A stretch of DNA of 64,000 nucleotides from Daphnia carinata (taxonomy: Eukaryota). The DNA is taken from contig NC_081333.1 of NCBI RefSeq assembly GCF_022539665.2, forward strand, positions 5,022,001 through 5,086,000. Reading direction: 5' to 3'. Positions 11,244 to 24,865 of the stretch are shown in pieces. How positions within the stretch are numbered: the stretch's first letter is position 1; every line of letters starts with the position of its first letter. The translations under genes were made by a program, and so were the position numbers. The notes under the pieces are model-generated. The model made no database searches. It saw nothing but the letters and a program-made list of their open reading frames with translations, and was not told the DNA's origin.

Positions 11244-13878
11244 CTAAGCTGAAGCCCTTTGAGTTATCAATCTTTTAACAGAAGATAAAGAATCAGTAAT
11301 GGTCAGGCCAAGACTTCTCAACAAAACTTGCGGTAACGACGTTGTACCATATAACAAGTGCAAACCGTGAACTGCTGCCATAACAGTTAAGTTAATCAAC
11401 TGACGATTAGATTGATACTTTTGAAGGTAGAGATAATTTCCAGCTTCAGATCCGTTATCAATGGCCTCGTTAATAACTTGACTAAGGGCAGCAACATCTC
11501 CGAAGCCCAAGTTAACTCCTTGTCCGGCTAGTGGATGTACTCGATGAGCCGCATCCCTATTAAAAGAAACTTTAGTCATTTCCCGATGATTTTGGTTTCT
11601 GACGTCGACGTAAACGTCTCACAGAAGAGTGTCATACCCTATCAAAACCGCCTTAGGAGAAACGTATTTAACTGAATGACCAAAACTCAACGGGAACGCT
11701 GCTTGATGTCCTTCTATGCCGACTACACTGGGTGGAAGCTGGCGGGTATCTGTTTCATTTTCCTCCTGCGAATTAATGCGGCATACTTTCAACAATTGAA
11801 ACAACCGTTCACTGACGTTTTGGGCCATGTAGTTCATGTCTTCGTTATTCCACTGCAAACAAAAAAGGAAAAAAACATCTCACTGTTGTTTGATCAAAAC
11901 AAATACATGAATGGGATCATTGCCCACTAATTCTGCAAAATGCATTCATAAACGTTTTTTTTTTAATTATTTTTCAAATATGAGATTACTTACAACAGCT
12001 TGGTTAATCCGGTCGATAAAGATTTCTGGAGGTAACTGCAGTAAATCTCGGGCTGATTTTTTATCTGTACTCCACACGAGTGAACTAAGACTGCTGCTCA
12101 ACTGCACCACATGAATAATTTTACAAGTTATTAAACTAATACACTTGATTTAAATTGGTTTCATTTTTTTTAAAGTAATGATTCCCAATTGAACTATCGG
12201 AAAACATTGTGGATTTAAATCAAATAGGACTACATTAGTTTTCCTCAACAGAAATGCAGCTGATTTTTTAAAAAATCTTTTATTATTTAGCCCTTACATA
12301 TTTATCGTTCATAAAATTCGTTGGATTTGCAACGATTTATAAGAGCTTAATAAGAAACCAAAATTTACGACGATTGTTTACACACTTGTAGCTGCATGTT
12401 TGTAAAAAAATATTAGTCAGACGAATGACGTCATATACCAATCATTTTCGTCCTGAACAAAATGAAACTATCCGCACAGAAAAAGATTTTAAAATTGATT
12501 TGAAAGGCATCGCATTAAATAACCAACTTACGTTTGAACACACACAAACTAAGTGCGAGTACGGTAAAGCCAACGAAATTAGCATTCATTAGATAAGAGT
12601 GATAACTGAGAAGTTAAGGACGAAGGTGTTCCCCGATAATTTTTTTAAAAACGTAACCAAACGCCATCTCGAAGGCAATTAACAATAATTTATAGTGCTT
12701 TAAGGTCCCAACCGAAGGTTAGGAAGCAAGCTGATAATTCTTTTTTAAAATATTCTTTAAAAATTTCAAAAGCATCGCTACTTAACTTTTTAAACGTTAT
12801 GTGGAAAATACGAACCGGTAACAGAGCAATTGGGCCGGACGGTAGAAATTTTTGCCAAGCTGTGACATTTTCCGTGCTCTATAGAAAAATTTTATCTCAA
12901 TGACAGCATAAACGACATCAAATTTCCAAATGGTAGCGTTACCTCCGAGATGCGAAGAGTGGCCACGACTGCCATTTGATTATAATCATACGTGATGTAC
13001 TGCGTCTTCATAGCTTGCCGTAGTCCCGAGTTGTAACCATCTGCACCGATCTTTGTAAACAAATACGACATGGAGAGATTACAGGAAAGGCAATGTATAT
13101 AGTTACTGAATTTGAAGTCATATTAAGAGTTGATCCACTTACTATTAAATCTGTGGTGAGATGTGAACCATCTTCAAGAGTAACATGGACTGAATCATCT
13201 GCATGTTTTGGAAGCCTGTAGTGAATTACCTTTGATTGATACTGCACATCTACTTGATTTTCGTGTTGCACTTCTTTCATTAATGAATCTTGTATCAGAT
13301 CATTTTCTACAATCCAAGCAATGTCTTCACTTAAATCTGCCTTTCCAAATGTTATTGCTGCATCAGAGCATGCATCCCAAATCTAAAATATGAGAAAAAA
13401 CAGTTTGGCACATATAAGTATGGAATTATTTATAATAAATGTGAGAGCCACCTGCATCTTCTTCACGGGAGAATAACGAGCATTAACAATATGTTGCCAA
13501 GCTCCTAAAGACTCAAGTAGCAATTTAGAATTCAAGTTTAGAGCACAAACTCTAAGGTTATATTCTGACAGATTCAACTCTTTGTAATTTGATGATTCCA
13601 AAAGCAAAATCTTTTGGTTCTTTAAACGGTCATTTCTACCTACGCATATTACAAAAAAAATATATATAATGCTTCAAAGTTTATTCACTGACTTTATCAT
13701 TTTCAGACAGAAACATTTGGTTACCTAAGCTGCAGGCCATTGCAAATCCTACCATACCTCCACCTGAAATAATAATGTCATAATGACGTGCAGCCGGGCT
13801 ATGATTAAACCTCAAACTGAGTGTCACAGACGCTTGTTTTGACAACGAAAACAATCGGTTCATACAAAACCCTGCCAT
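11244..13878 (-). CDS. COQ6: Ubiquinone biosynthesis monooxygenase COQ6, mitochondrial (about 8 exons)
   Basis: Presequence-like N-terminus, FAD motif [42 protein letters not shown] and [22 protein letters not shown], in collinear exons. Confidence 0.92.
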
Positions 13879-15115
13879 GATTTTACCGAAAAACAGTTGT
13901 TACCAACTGCAGCACACGGAAACTAATCAACAATAACTTGCGATGACCATTTGCAGTACCACTTCTCCTATCCCTCTGGTGGGTGTGTGATGCCCTCTCT
14001 TGCAGAATACCGTGGGCGATTCAAAACATTGATATTATTAAAAGCGAATGAAAGTAAAATCCGGACGCGGACATAAAGCGAGAACCTTTTACATCCGTCA
14101 TGTAAAAATGATAAAAGTATAAACCAAGTCAAGCAGATATAAAGAGGGAAACAGACGACATACCCGTGGTACGAAAAAAAATGAACGTTGTATCACGCAT
14201 CCACTACATAGGTTTAGGCCAGTTCCGGATTTTGCGTCGAAAACCTCTGAATTGTGTCTCTAAAAATTTGTCTTTTTTTTACACAGGCGGGATCGGACGA
14301 AGTGCTGTTTTTTTTATTTATTTAACATACTAATACTTTACCCATTAAAAAGATGTTCGGAATACTAAAGTTTAAGGCACTTTGCATCTTCTGCAATAGT
14401 TTAAAATAGGAAATTGTATCTGGTTTCCTAACGAAAATTAATCAAAGTCGAAGCCTGAGTGCTGTTTGGTCGATTTTTACTTGTTATTGTAGAATAAGTG
14501 CTAAAATTAAAATTTAATCATGAGTGATCAGAATACTGGTGATCAAATACCTCAAACTATTTCTTTATTTAAGCAGTCCAACTTCTCAAATGGAATTGTA
14601 CAAAATGAAAATGATAAATATAAAGAAAAATTAGGGCAATTAAATATCAATTGTCCTTCTGTTTTACCCGAAAGAATGTGGTAGACATCGATAAAACTGA
14701 ATCTAGTGATTTTATCATTATTATTAATATATTAGAATTGTGATTTAATTTTCAAGGTTTCAGGATAACAACCCTGATCATGTATCCTACGAACGAATGG
14801 TATGACGCAGTTGAGATCACATTCGCCCTAACGGTACGACGCGTTGGCTGATATCACAGTTGCTGATTGGCTCTCGCAGACCAAACCTTCCATGGTAATC
14901 GGCATTCAAGTTTACAGGCCTTAACCTTCAAGAAGGCCTTGCACTGACACAACTTGACAGACGCATTTTGGGTAGCATCCACATCACATGCTCAACAGTC
15001 TGCATTGTTTTTCTACTGGTTGTTATTTTTATTTTTATTATTTTCGTTATCTAAACGTTTTAAGCCTACATATCAATTTCATTAAAAAGATTGTACAAGA
15101 AAAGTCGTTGGGACG

Positions 15116-18100
15116 ATGGAATCGAGAGTTATTTCGTTCGTGGCGCAAATAACAACCTTACTGCTTGCAGTAACTATTGTAAATGGAGATGAGTGCCAAA
15201 CATTTGCTGGAGGTGCAGTATATCCAAGGGAAACAAGAACAAGCAGTGGGCATTCATTGCAATGGACAAAAGCCATGAGTAATTGACATATATATAAACA
15301 TATTTATGTATGTAAATATATAGATTTTCTTAGTTTCCACTGGTAGAGCATTTTCTATTGTTTTCTTGTGGATTTAGTTAGAAACGTTTGATGATAAAAT
15401 TGAAGATTGCAAAAATTCCTAATTAAATCTTTTTGAGAACATAGAGAGCTATTGCTAGAGGTCCATAAGCAGAGCAAATTTTCTTTAGCTGAAAAAGAAA
15501 ATAGAATTTTGCTTATTCTAACTTTTTTTTTTTTTTTCTAGTTTCAAAACCTGCTCCATTTTGGGAAGCAACAGCGGTAAATTGGTTGTCAACAAGTTGT
15601 TACCACACAGTAAATAAATTTCTTTTTCCCTATTGCCTCAATTTAGGTGGTAGATGGCTCATTTAGAGACCTTAAATTAACAGATTATAAAGGAAAATAC
15701 TTGGTTTTCTTCTTTTACCCTTTGGATTTCACGTTTGTCTGTAAGAACAGGTTTTCTTGTGATTTAAAATGTTTTAACATGTTATTTTTCTGTCCTTTAG
15801 TATACTGTTGGGTTTATTATTCAATGTTCATTGGAATTATGCAGGTCCCACAGAGATTTTGGCATTTAATGATAGAATTGAAGAATTTCGAGCATTGAAT
15901 ACTGAACTTGTGGTAAAGTATTAAAGTTTTATACATTTTTTTTTTGTTTCTTTTTTGTGTTTTTGCTGTGTGGTGGCTTCACCATTTATAGTAATTCTAG
16001 GCTTGTTCAGTGGACTCTCATTTCACACACTTAGCATGGGTCAACACTCCCAGGAGAGAGGGTGGACTTGGGCCTTTGATGATACCATTGCTCTCGGATT
16101 TATCTCACAAGATTTCAACTGATTACGGTATTTTTATAAATTTATTTTTTGGAGGGGTTTGGGGGCGAGAGGAGGGTTAACGTTCCTTAACGAACTCTAA
16201 AATTGTTCCATTAGGAGTCTATTTGGAAGATGTGGGTCACACACTTAGAGGTTTATTCATAATTGATGACAAACAAACTTTGAGGCAAATCACAATGAAT
16301 GATCTGGTATTGCAAACAACGGATACTTATGATATATTACGTTTACGGTGTACACTTAGCTCAAGATTTCATTTATTCCGTCTAGCCAGTAGGCAGATCA
16401 GTTGATGAAACGTTAAGACTGGTACAGGCATTCCAGTATACTGATCACCATGGCGAGGTTTGCCCAGCTGGATGGAAACCAGGGAGTGACACGGTAATAT
16501 TGTTCTAATTTTAAACAACCAATCCGCTTTTTATAACATGCATCGTTTCGTCTATCGTCCTATTTTAAGCCACGGTTAGTTAGACAGTTCCGATGTGGTT
16601 GTGTCATTTTTGTCGTGGCGTTAGCTTTGGGGCTTTTAATTAGTCTACTGCAAACAACTTGTGTTCGTCTTGAACACTAGAGTATGATAATATAAAACTA
16701 AAAACTAGATCCGCGATGGATTCCACTTGAATGCCGTTGTATGGCGAGAGGGTTTTTGTTGCACTGAGTTACCAATAGCGAATAGCATTTCGTCTTTTCT
16801 TTTTGGAATTTTTCAAGCATGATATCCATTGGGATAACAGGTGAAATAGTGTTTTTCTTACTGCTCTAGCCAAGTACTTTAGACAATTTTTAAAAATAGC
16901 TAGCCAAAACCAGGGCAAAACTAGTGGCTTTTGTGGCTGCTGTTGACTGAGGCACGCCGTATAGATAAAGGAAATTTAAAAGAAGTGTCGTTTTTGTAAG
17001 TTGGTTACTTCTTTTATCTTAGTACCATAGAATTATCAAATGTTTTGTTTAGAATTTAACATAGCTACATTTGTTCGTGTTACTTCGCACTTGTCTGCCG
17101 CATCCTATTGCATTCCGTATGCATTCAAAAAAAAAAAAAATGCGGAAAATGTCGTTTTAATTCGCTAATTTATATTGTTATGCATTCAGAAGTCTTCTCT
17201 TTCGGCTGTCTAGTAGTTCAGTAACCCGCAGGAAAAAGACATCCACGAAAAAGTCTTCTCGTTCGGAAACTCTTGAAACAGTCTTATTCTTTAATGGCCC
17301 CCGGATGCAAGCGCAAATACATTCGTTTAGTTAGAATGGTTCGTTAAGTTTAGAAATTTTAATATTTAAATTTAAGGTTAATATTCTTTAAGTGGTTTAA
17401 GGATGCACGTGTAATTTATGCGTTTACGGAAATGGGCCAAGTCTTTCGTTTAGTAATGGCAGTTAACATGAAGAAATAGAAAAGAATTTGCCCTTTTCTT
17501 GTTAAAGTAATTTACAGCGATGTTCTGGTGAGAAAAGAAGATTTTAGTAAAGCAATGTTCTTTTATCTAAAGCTGCCTATTTTACCTAGGCCAAAGCTGC
17601 GTTTTTGCTGATTTGCAAAAATTTTGCTTTCATTCCTTAGTTTTCTTCGTACTCAACAGTTGGTTTAACACATAAGTGTGGTTTGGGTAAATTGGAAACT
17701 CCGAAAGCTTTTATCGCAATGCCCTTCAGTATTTTGCTTTAGTTGCGTAAGGCTTACCTACAGTAAACATTGATATTTCTCCCGTGTTTGCTGCAAGATT
17801 TTTAATCGCTATCAGTTGAAGGCACATGGTACTGACGTCCGTATATATAAAGCTTGCATAGCTTTACACACCAATCGTTATTTTCACCTGAAGTTTTCCT
17901 TTATGCTTACTTATCTATTTAGTTTTTTCAGCTATGTCCGTGTAGATTCATGGTGAGCAACGAATTTTAATGGCAATCAAAGTGAAAGGCACAATACCCG
18001 TGCCAAGTTTGAGAAGGCGTAGAAGTTTTCACACTACAACTTTTCAGTAAAACCCATAGTACCCCATGATTTGGAAAAAAAAATCATACGTAAAAAAAGG

Positions 18101-18656
18101 GCCTTTTGCGTTTTCTTTTACGACCAAATTTATAGTTTTAAATATAAGGTTGAATTAGTGCGGAAAAATTGGGAACACATTACCCAATGAAATCCAAAGT
18201 TAAAAGTACGGAAAACCACTGCGCTTTTCCAAACTATGGAAGGGGTATTGTACTTCACTCCTGATTATTGCCATGTACTATTAATAGTTACCAACCTCTG
18301 TTTTCTTCGTATGGTTCAACAGCTTATTAAAACATTATTCTTTGTAGGCACCATAGATTAAATGCAGAAATATGACTTATTTTCATATTTATGTATGTGA
18401 GTAAATAGTTCCACCGCAAACCTTATATCGTGCAATAAGCTTTCACATGTCTTTCCCAATGATTTCCGTCCAAATGTAAACTAATTCTGCACCGCGAATG
18501 GGAGCAATAACTATGTTTCCGTGAATGAATAACTGGACTAAGAAATTCTACGTGATTCTGACTCAAGCTTTTTATTTTCTTTTGTGGATGAATTAGATTA
18601 TTCCCCATCCGGAAGAGAAGAAACTCTATTTCGAAAAACAGAAGGATGAAATTTAA
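15116..18656 (+). CDS. PRDX4: Peroxiredoxin-4 (secretory typical 2-Cys Prx), 8 exons; last exon 18597-18656
   Basis: Signal peptide followed by [69 protein letters not shown]; last exon [19 protein letters not shown]. Confidence 0.92.
17970..18274. mobile_element. Degenerate MITE-like inverted-repeat element in last Prx4 intron
   Basis: ATGGCAATCAAAGTGAAAGGCACAATACCCGTGCCAAGTTTGAGAAGGCG is an imperfect reverse complement of CGCTTTTCCAAACTATGGAAGGGGTATTGTACTTCACTCCTGATTATTGCCAT. No TSD resolved. Confidence 0.5.
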
Positions 18657-19731
18657 TATTCTTCACCCGTTAATGTCAAGGGATGATGACTGTTAAGGAC
18701 CAGATGGGTGTTCCAATAAATTGGGTTAACACTATTGAGTAATTCTTGTTTCATTCCTAATTTTTCCCTTTCAGTTTTCAAAGCCGTTAATGGCTGCTTT
18801 ACCGGCGGACCTTATGCAGGAAAATCCTTGCAGGATATCAGTTGCAGCCACCAATTGACTTCATTGTGGAAATCAGTTTGTTACAATTCTTGAAAAGCAC
18901 GCTTAAATCAGCCTGAGCGTAACCATTATAAAGGTCATTTAAAGAAAAATAGTGTTAAAGTAGTGTTGTAAGTTTGCGTAACTCCATTAACCTGTAATTC
19001 CAAAATGTTGATGGGAACTTTCGGCTCGTCGACTATCCACGGACCGTCTTTTCGGACCCCGTTACATACCGCTCTTCAGCCTGAGAGGGAGGCAATCGGA
19101 AAAGATAACTAAGGTGGACGACTGCATAACTAATGTTTGCCTGTGCAGAACATAAGGATTTCGATCCACTAATCTGTATCCTATTGTGCATGCTTATTTA
19201 CCAAGACTTTCGATTGCATTACGCCCCTGATAGATGTGGATGGGCAATAAAAGGTAGGTGGCAACAAAACGGCCCAAGACGAAAACAGTTAGCCGAACTT
19301 GCCAATTCCATAAATATCGAGAAGAAGCGTAAATCGGTGAAAAAGAATGGCAACCATTTTTAGAAACAAGGGCCGGTTACGGCACTACAACATTTAAGTT
19401 ACTTTGCAAAGTCGTTTTTTTATGGATTTTAATATGCATAACAGAGCATATGAATTTATGTACATAAAGTCAAATAATAAATTCATTTAGAGTCATTTTA
19501 GATTCCATCAAAATTAGGTACAAATGCATTTTCCTTATATCATTTTATAAAATTTGCATTTGTCGTTGATGCTAACATACGTACAATAAATACAGGACTT
19601 TGTTGTGTCTCCCAGTTTTTTTTTCCACTTTCACTTTTATTTGCATATTACGACGCCCGGAGCTAAAGACGAACGTTCTCTTGAGCCGCTGTGACCGAAG
19701 GTCTTCCCATCACTTTCACGCAACCGCCGAA

Positions 19732-19738
19732 TATAAAA
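19732..19738 (+). promoter_or_regulatory. TATA box of RR-1 cuticle gene
   Basis: TATAAAA about 90 nt upstream of the ATG at 19826. Confidence 0.55.
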
Positions 19739-19825
19739 AGATGCCAATGTAGGTACCACCATCAAACACTTTCCTTCGTTTGTTTACAGAAGATCAGCAA
19801 AAGTTCACCTGTTCAACCCCAAAAA

Positions 19826-20354
19826 ATGAAATTTGTGAGTATCATATTTTCTTATTTCAATCAATTTAATCGTTCGTTTAATTATTCAAATAATGCCTGA
19901 TAAGATCATCGCTATCGCTTTCTTGGCTGTGACCCTCGCCGCACCCCAAGGAGATAAGAAGCCCATCGAAATCGTGTCATCCAACAGCGAAATGAACGCC
20001 GATGGCAGTTATTCTTTTGCGTGAGTAGATCTTTGTTTCACTTTTCCACGACATTGTTTAACTCTTACATTTTATTTAATCTTATATATTGAAAATAGTT
20101 TTGAAAGCGCTGATGGAACCAAGGTTTCGGAGAGTGGCAGTCAGAAGCAGGTTGGACCCAAACCAGAGGATATTGGCACCGTTTCCAAGGGATCTTACTC
20201 GTACACTTCCCCCGATGGCGTTGTCCTTACCGTCAACTGGGTCGCCGATGAGAATGGGTTCCAGGCAACAGGAGACCATTTACCTACACCTCCACCAATG
20301 CCTGAACACGTCGTCAAAATGCTCGCTGACCTGAAAGCTGCCGGTGTTCTCTAA
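19826..20354 (+). CDS. Cuticular protein, RR-1 (chitin_bind_4), 3 exons
   Basis: MKF/IIAIAFLAVTLA signal; NADGSYSFAFESADGT...GSYSYTSPDGVVLTVNWVADENGFQATGDHLPTPPP; GT-AG introns. Confidence 0.92.
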
Positions 20355-20751
20355 ACAAATCAATATCAAAAACACGTTCAAAATGTACATACATGACGAC
20401 AAATAAAATTTTGCATTCCCAGAAAAAAAAAGTAACGGTGGTATTTAAACTGAGAAAGTTCTAGTGTGTTTACTGTATGTACACAAAACGTAATGTAAGA
20501 TTTGCTTTAGGTAAATTATTGGTGTAACATGTCTTGGTGCGGGTTGGCTCTGATGAAGGACTGAAATTGTACAGCAGACTGAGATGTAAAGATAATTGCA
20601 TGCTACAACATTTAAGGAAAGATAAAATAAAAAAAAAGAAAGAAAAGAAATCACGTTTTCTGTGAGAGCATTCTTTGTAAATAGCCAGTCGGCGAGCTTT
20701 ATTTGGCCAAAGACGGACCTAAACGTGGTTAAAATAGATAAATTATTACAT

Positions 20752-20868
20752 TCTCCAGGCAAAGCTTGAACTCGCGACCTCAAAATTACTTTCATTCACC
20801 ATGTTCCACTAGCACATCAGATTACTGGCTTGCAAGTACCATGCGCTAACCAACTGCCCTACCAGAGA
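20752..20868 (-). pseudogene. Degenerate intron-containing tRNA-Ile(TAT)-derived gene (anticodon position now reads TGC)
   Basis: Minus strand TCTCTGGTAGGGCAGTTGGTTAGCGCATGGTACTTGCA-[~45 nt]-GAGGTCGCGAGTTCAAGCTTTGCCTGGAGA, with A box, B box and an intron-position insert. Confidence 0.6.
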
Positions 20869-21085
20869 CATTTACGGTGTGTTATTCACGTAAATTTAAT
20901 TCTAATAAATGGGGAAAATTGGAAAACAAAATGTAATCTTTCTGTCGTTACAACCAACAAATAGAAATGAATGAATTTCGCGTTGCGTTATCAAACTTAA
21001 TGCGAGCGTCACGTATTAAATAATCGTCAACAATATTTTAGCACCTAACATTTCGAGGGGGCAATGGGGTAGTGTAAGTGGAAGG

Positions 21086-22068
21086 TTAATAGACTGGGGC
21101 GGGATAGGTAGGAGCGATGTACTCTGGGACATCGTAGGCCGGAGCAGCGGTGGTCGGAGCTTCGTAGGCTGGGGCAGCAGCGGTGGTGGTTGCTTTGTAT
21201 TCTGGAGCTTCATAGGATGGTGTAGGGTACGCAGCGGCGGGAGTCTTATAGACGGGGGTGGAGTAAGCGGGAGCAAGGGTAGTCGGGGCTTTGTATTGAG
21301 GAGCAGGTTTAACTGGTGCGGAAGCCTCATAGGCTGAAGTAGGGTAAACGGCAGCATAGACAGGTGCAGCGGTAGTGGGGTCTTTGTATTAAACAGGTCG
21401 GTAAACGGGAGCGGGAGCTTTGTACTGAGGAGCTGAGTAAACAGGTGCGGGAGCTTTATAGGCCGGTGCAGAGTATACGGGAGCAGCGGATGCCTTGTAG
21501 GATGGGGCAGAGTAAACGGGGACATCGGGCGCCTTGTAGGCTGGGGAAGGGTACATGTTGTATTTCGACTGGACATATTCGGGATATTTGGCTTCGCCTA
21601 CGAACTTGACATCAGCCGAGTAGCCGTAACTATCAGCTTTATAGGTAACAATTTGAACACGACCGTCGGGAAGTTGAACGCGATATGAGCCAGTAGTGAC
21701 TTTGCCATCGCTTTTCTCAGAGTGATCGAAATTGGCGTAGGTTTAAGCATCTTTCACGGAGTACCTAAACTGCTAAGCTTCAGTCTAAACAATTCATTTG
21801 AATCCTATTTAAATACGCCCCATAAAAAAAAGTATTGTCTAGTAGTAAATAACCTCATAGTTGCCTTTGCCGCGTATGAAGCGGCCTCGTATTTGGGAGC
21901 TTCATATCCAGGGGCCACGTACTTTGGTGCGTATTCACGGCCCTGTAGGAATCGGCAATAGCGAAAACAGCGGCCAGGATGAAGAACTGTTGATACAAAA
22001 AATTGAATGTGCTCTCTGGTGTAATGGCACCAGTAACAATTGAAGGATCCAATTGTTTCCACCTTCAT
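21086..22068 (-). pseudogene. RR-2 cuticular protein pseudogene with long YSAP/YKAP tail (copy A1)
   Basis: R&R core TTGSYRVQLPDGRVQIVTYKADSYGYSADV is present. There is a 1-bp frameshift in exon 2 relative to the 24866-25506 paralog and several in-frame stops in exon 3. Confidence 0.85.
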
Positions 22069-22939
22069 TTTGGAGAGGAGGTGAATATTTCGGAACAGTT
22101 TGAAGACTCATGGTTTTAATTTACTGGATTGCGATATTTATATCGAACGTAAAAAGTAAGGAGGCCACTTGTGGGATGTGGCACATTTGCAAGGTCAGCT
22201 GAATATAAAGTGACAGTACTCAGATTAGGAGAGATTCTGGAACCAGCAGTCTATGTTAGTTGTTCTGAACTTGAGCAAAAATGAGTTCATTACAAGCTGC
22301 AATTGTGGCCTTGTGCCATAAACTCGTTATTGTCGTATTGTTATGTCGTTTCTCTGATGTTTGAAAATGAAAATAGATTTTCAATTGGCTGAACTATTTC
22401 AAGGATTTCAACGTTTTAAAAAATTAAAACCTGGGAACATCCACGTGTAATCGAATCCTTATCTGGTGCGCTGTTTACTCAACAAATGATTTAACTTCAA
22501 TTCACAAAATGATTTTGTTGGAAGGCGTTTCTCAATCAAGTTGCTACTACCTTTTGCGGAATAGGCATTTGATCAGAGAATGCGCCAAATTGCTATAAGC
22601 AGCTTAGATTTTCTGCAAAGTCTGTTATGTAGAACACAACCGGGAAAGCCCCGTTTTTTAAAGAACTTTTTCAATGACCGTGAACAAATACTTATCGAGA
22701 ACGTTGCCAAAAAATGGTTTAGTGATCCTATAGTAGAGTTCGTTTAATAGAAGGAAACTAAAATACTTTTCCTTTTCATTTTTTTTGGCATCACCAAATG
22801 TTTTCCCAATCTGAACATAGTAAAATGCAGGACAAGGGAAGTGCAACAAAGACGTCGCTCTAAAGTACTTAAGGGCGAGTAAATAGCACAAGGGGCATCA
22901 GTTAACCAACTGTCTCAATCATTCTATCTACTTCTCAAC

Positions 22940-23565
22940 ATGCAGGTAGAAAAGATTGTTCAACAAAATGGTTTGAAATTATTGTTGAATTCTACTAAAC
23001 TATATTTTTCGATTTCGAGTTCGTCGTACTCGTCGCCCTGATCGCTGCCGCCTTAGCCAATTCCGCCTATCCTGGCTCAACTTATCCACCTTCCTCTTAC
23101 AATAGGCCTTCCTACACGGCGTCAACTTACGAGACCAGGGAATACGTAAGCCTAATTGTCTTTTTCCCCATCAGTTCAAATCCGTTTCTAAATAAACGAT
23201 TGCCCATGCCATAGGCCACGCAGCCATACGATTTCAATTGGGCCGTCAATGATGGCTATGGCAACGACTACTCCCACTCTGAGAGCAGCGACAGCAAAGT
23301 AACCACCGGCAGTTATCGCGTCCTGCTGCCCGATGGTCGCGTTCAGATCGTCACCTACAAAGCTGATAGCTACGGATACACGGCTGACGTAAAGTACGAC
23401 GGCGAAGCCAAATACCCCACTGCCTCCTATTCCGCACGTAGCTACTCAGCACCACTTTACACTGCTCCTGTTGCCACCGCTCCCGCTCTTTACGCTATAC
23501 CCTCTACGGCTACCGCAGCCGGCCCAATCTACAGGTCTTCCGTTAACGTTGCCCACGTTTACTAA
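22940..23565 (+). CDS. RR-2 cuticular protein (copy B1), 3 exons
   Basis: MQ/FVVLVALIAAALA signal; PYDFNWAVNDGYGNDYSHSESSDSKVTTGSYRVLLPDGRVQIVTYKADSYGYTADVKY; open to TAA at 23563-23565. Confidence 0.9.
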
Positions 23566-24509
23566 TCCCGCTAAATTGTGAAATATTTACGTCTAAAAGG
23601 TGCCATATGAAAAATTGGCCTATTAATAAACTATATTAAAGCAAAAGTATAATTTCCTTATTGATTGTATAGCTACAAAACAGCACAAGTCAAAAGTCAT
23701 AAAAAATGGGGAAAGTCTGAAAATGAACATCTTGATTACAACGGGAATGTAAACTAGCTTCTTGTTAAATAGAAATTCAGTATTTTCGTGGTAGTAGCAC
23801 AAACATTTTTCCCGTTCAGTAATTTGAGACCACAGGATGTTTAACCTCCTTTTTCCATATGCTTTCGAAGTACAATACATAGGTCTTCGAAAACTTACTT
23901 TATTTTATATTTGTTGAATGATTTAATCATTATTCGTTGAGGAGTCCCAACACCTCCTGATCTCCACGAAAAGCGGGACAAATTCCAATGAAACATAAAA
24001 CGAGCTACCAGATAAATGTTCATCTGAACAACCCTCAAACTCAATCATGGGTTTTAAACTGCCTAAATGTCGAACTTGAAATCTCTGTATACGTCATATG
24101 TTCTAAACGTAGCATACGTATTCATTAATTCTTATATATTTCACCTCGGAATGTGTTTGAACGTGCAATGTTCGGTTTATCACATCAAACTCTTACCGTT
24201 TCGGCCAACAACGAGTGAAAATTCTAAGAACCAATGACGATGGATTCAAATTAATCATAACAACGCTTGCATATTCTAGTTTTCAAGGAACCCAACACAT
24301 TCAATACTCTATCACATTAGTGATTATACCCAATTACTTTGAAATATTCAAATCTCAAAAACCAAACTGTTGTGACATCACTTGCCTAGGATGATAATAC
24401 CCAAAATAAGATACTCCGATTTCCTATGCTACTCGCATACTTCCTTGTTAAAACTTTGTAAAAGCAAAATAAATGAATCAGTTCAGAAGACATCGGCAAA
24501 ACTTTAATT

Positions 24510-24629
24510 TCTCATAGCGCGGGTCGAGCATGTGACCTCAGCATTACTAACATTAATTTCATGCTTCTAACGTCCATATGATTACTGTTGGTATAAGTAC
24601 CATGGGCTTACCAACTGTGCCATTAGCGA
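24510..24629 (-). pseudogene. Degenerate intron-containing tRNA-Ile(TAT) gene (paralog of 20752-20868)
   Basis: Minus strand ...TGGCACAGTTGGTAAGCCCATGGTACTTATA-[intron]-ATGCTGAGGTCACATGCTCGACC...; TAT anticodon at 24593-24595; B box damaged. Confidence 0.6.
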
Positions 24630-24865
24630 AAACTCCCATGCTTTTCCAACGCAGGAGTTACGCTTGACATTCATGGATTAGTTAAATAGTTCAACAATAC
24701 ATTGAAAACAAAGATATGGCGCTTACTTTCAGCGCAACCAGTGAAAGAAGTAAACTAGTTTTGTGTTGCATACTCGGACCTCTTGCAGGCGTCATTTATT
24801 AAATAATATTCAGCAATATTTTAGCATCTAATGTTTGGAGCACTGAGGGTAGTGCAAATGAAACG

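Noticed and set aside
14520..14925. Possible small two-exon gene between COQ6 and Prx4
   Set aside because: No recognisable homology, and the downstream frames are closed by stops.
18770..19400. Exon-like GC-richer patches and ORF 19133-19363
   Set aside because: No family motif or consistent splice structure could be built.
21016..21576. 186-aa Pro/Leu-rich ORF
   Set aside because: It is the wrong frame of the cuticle pseudogene's YKAP tail.
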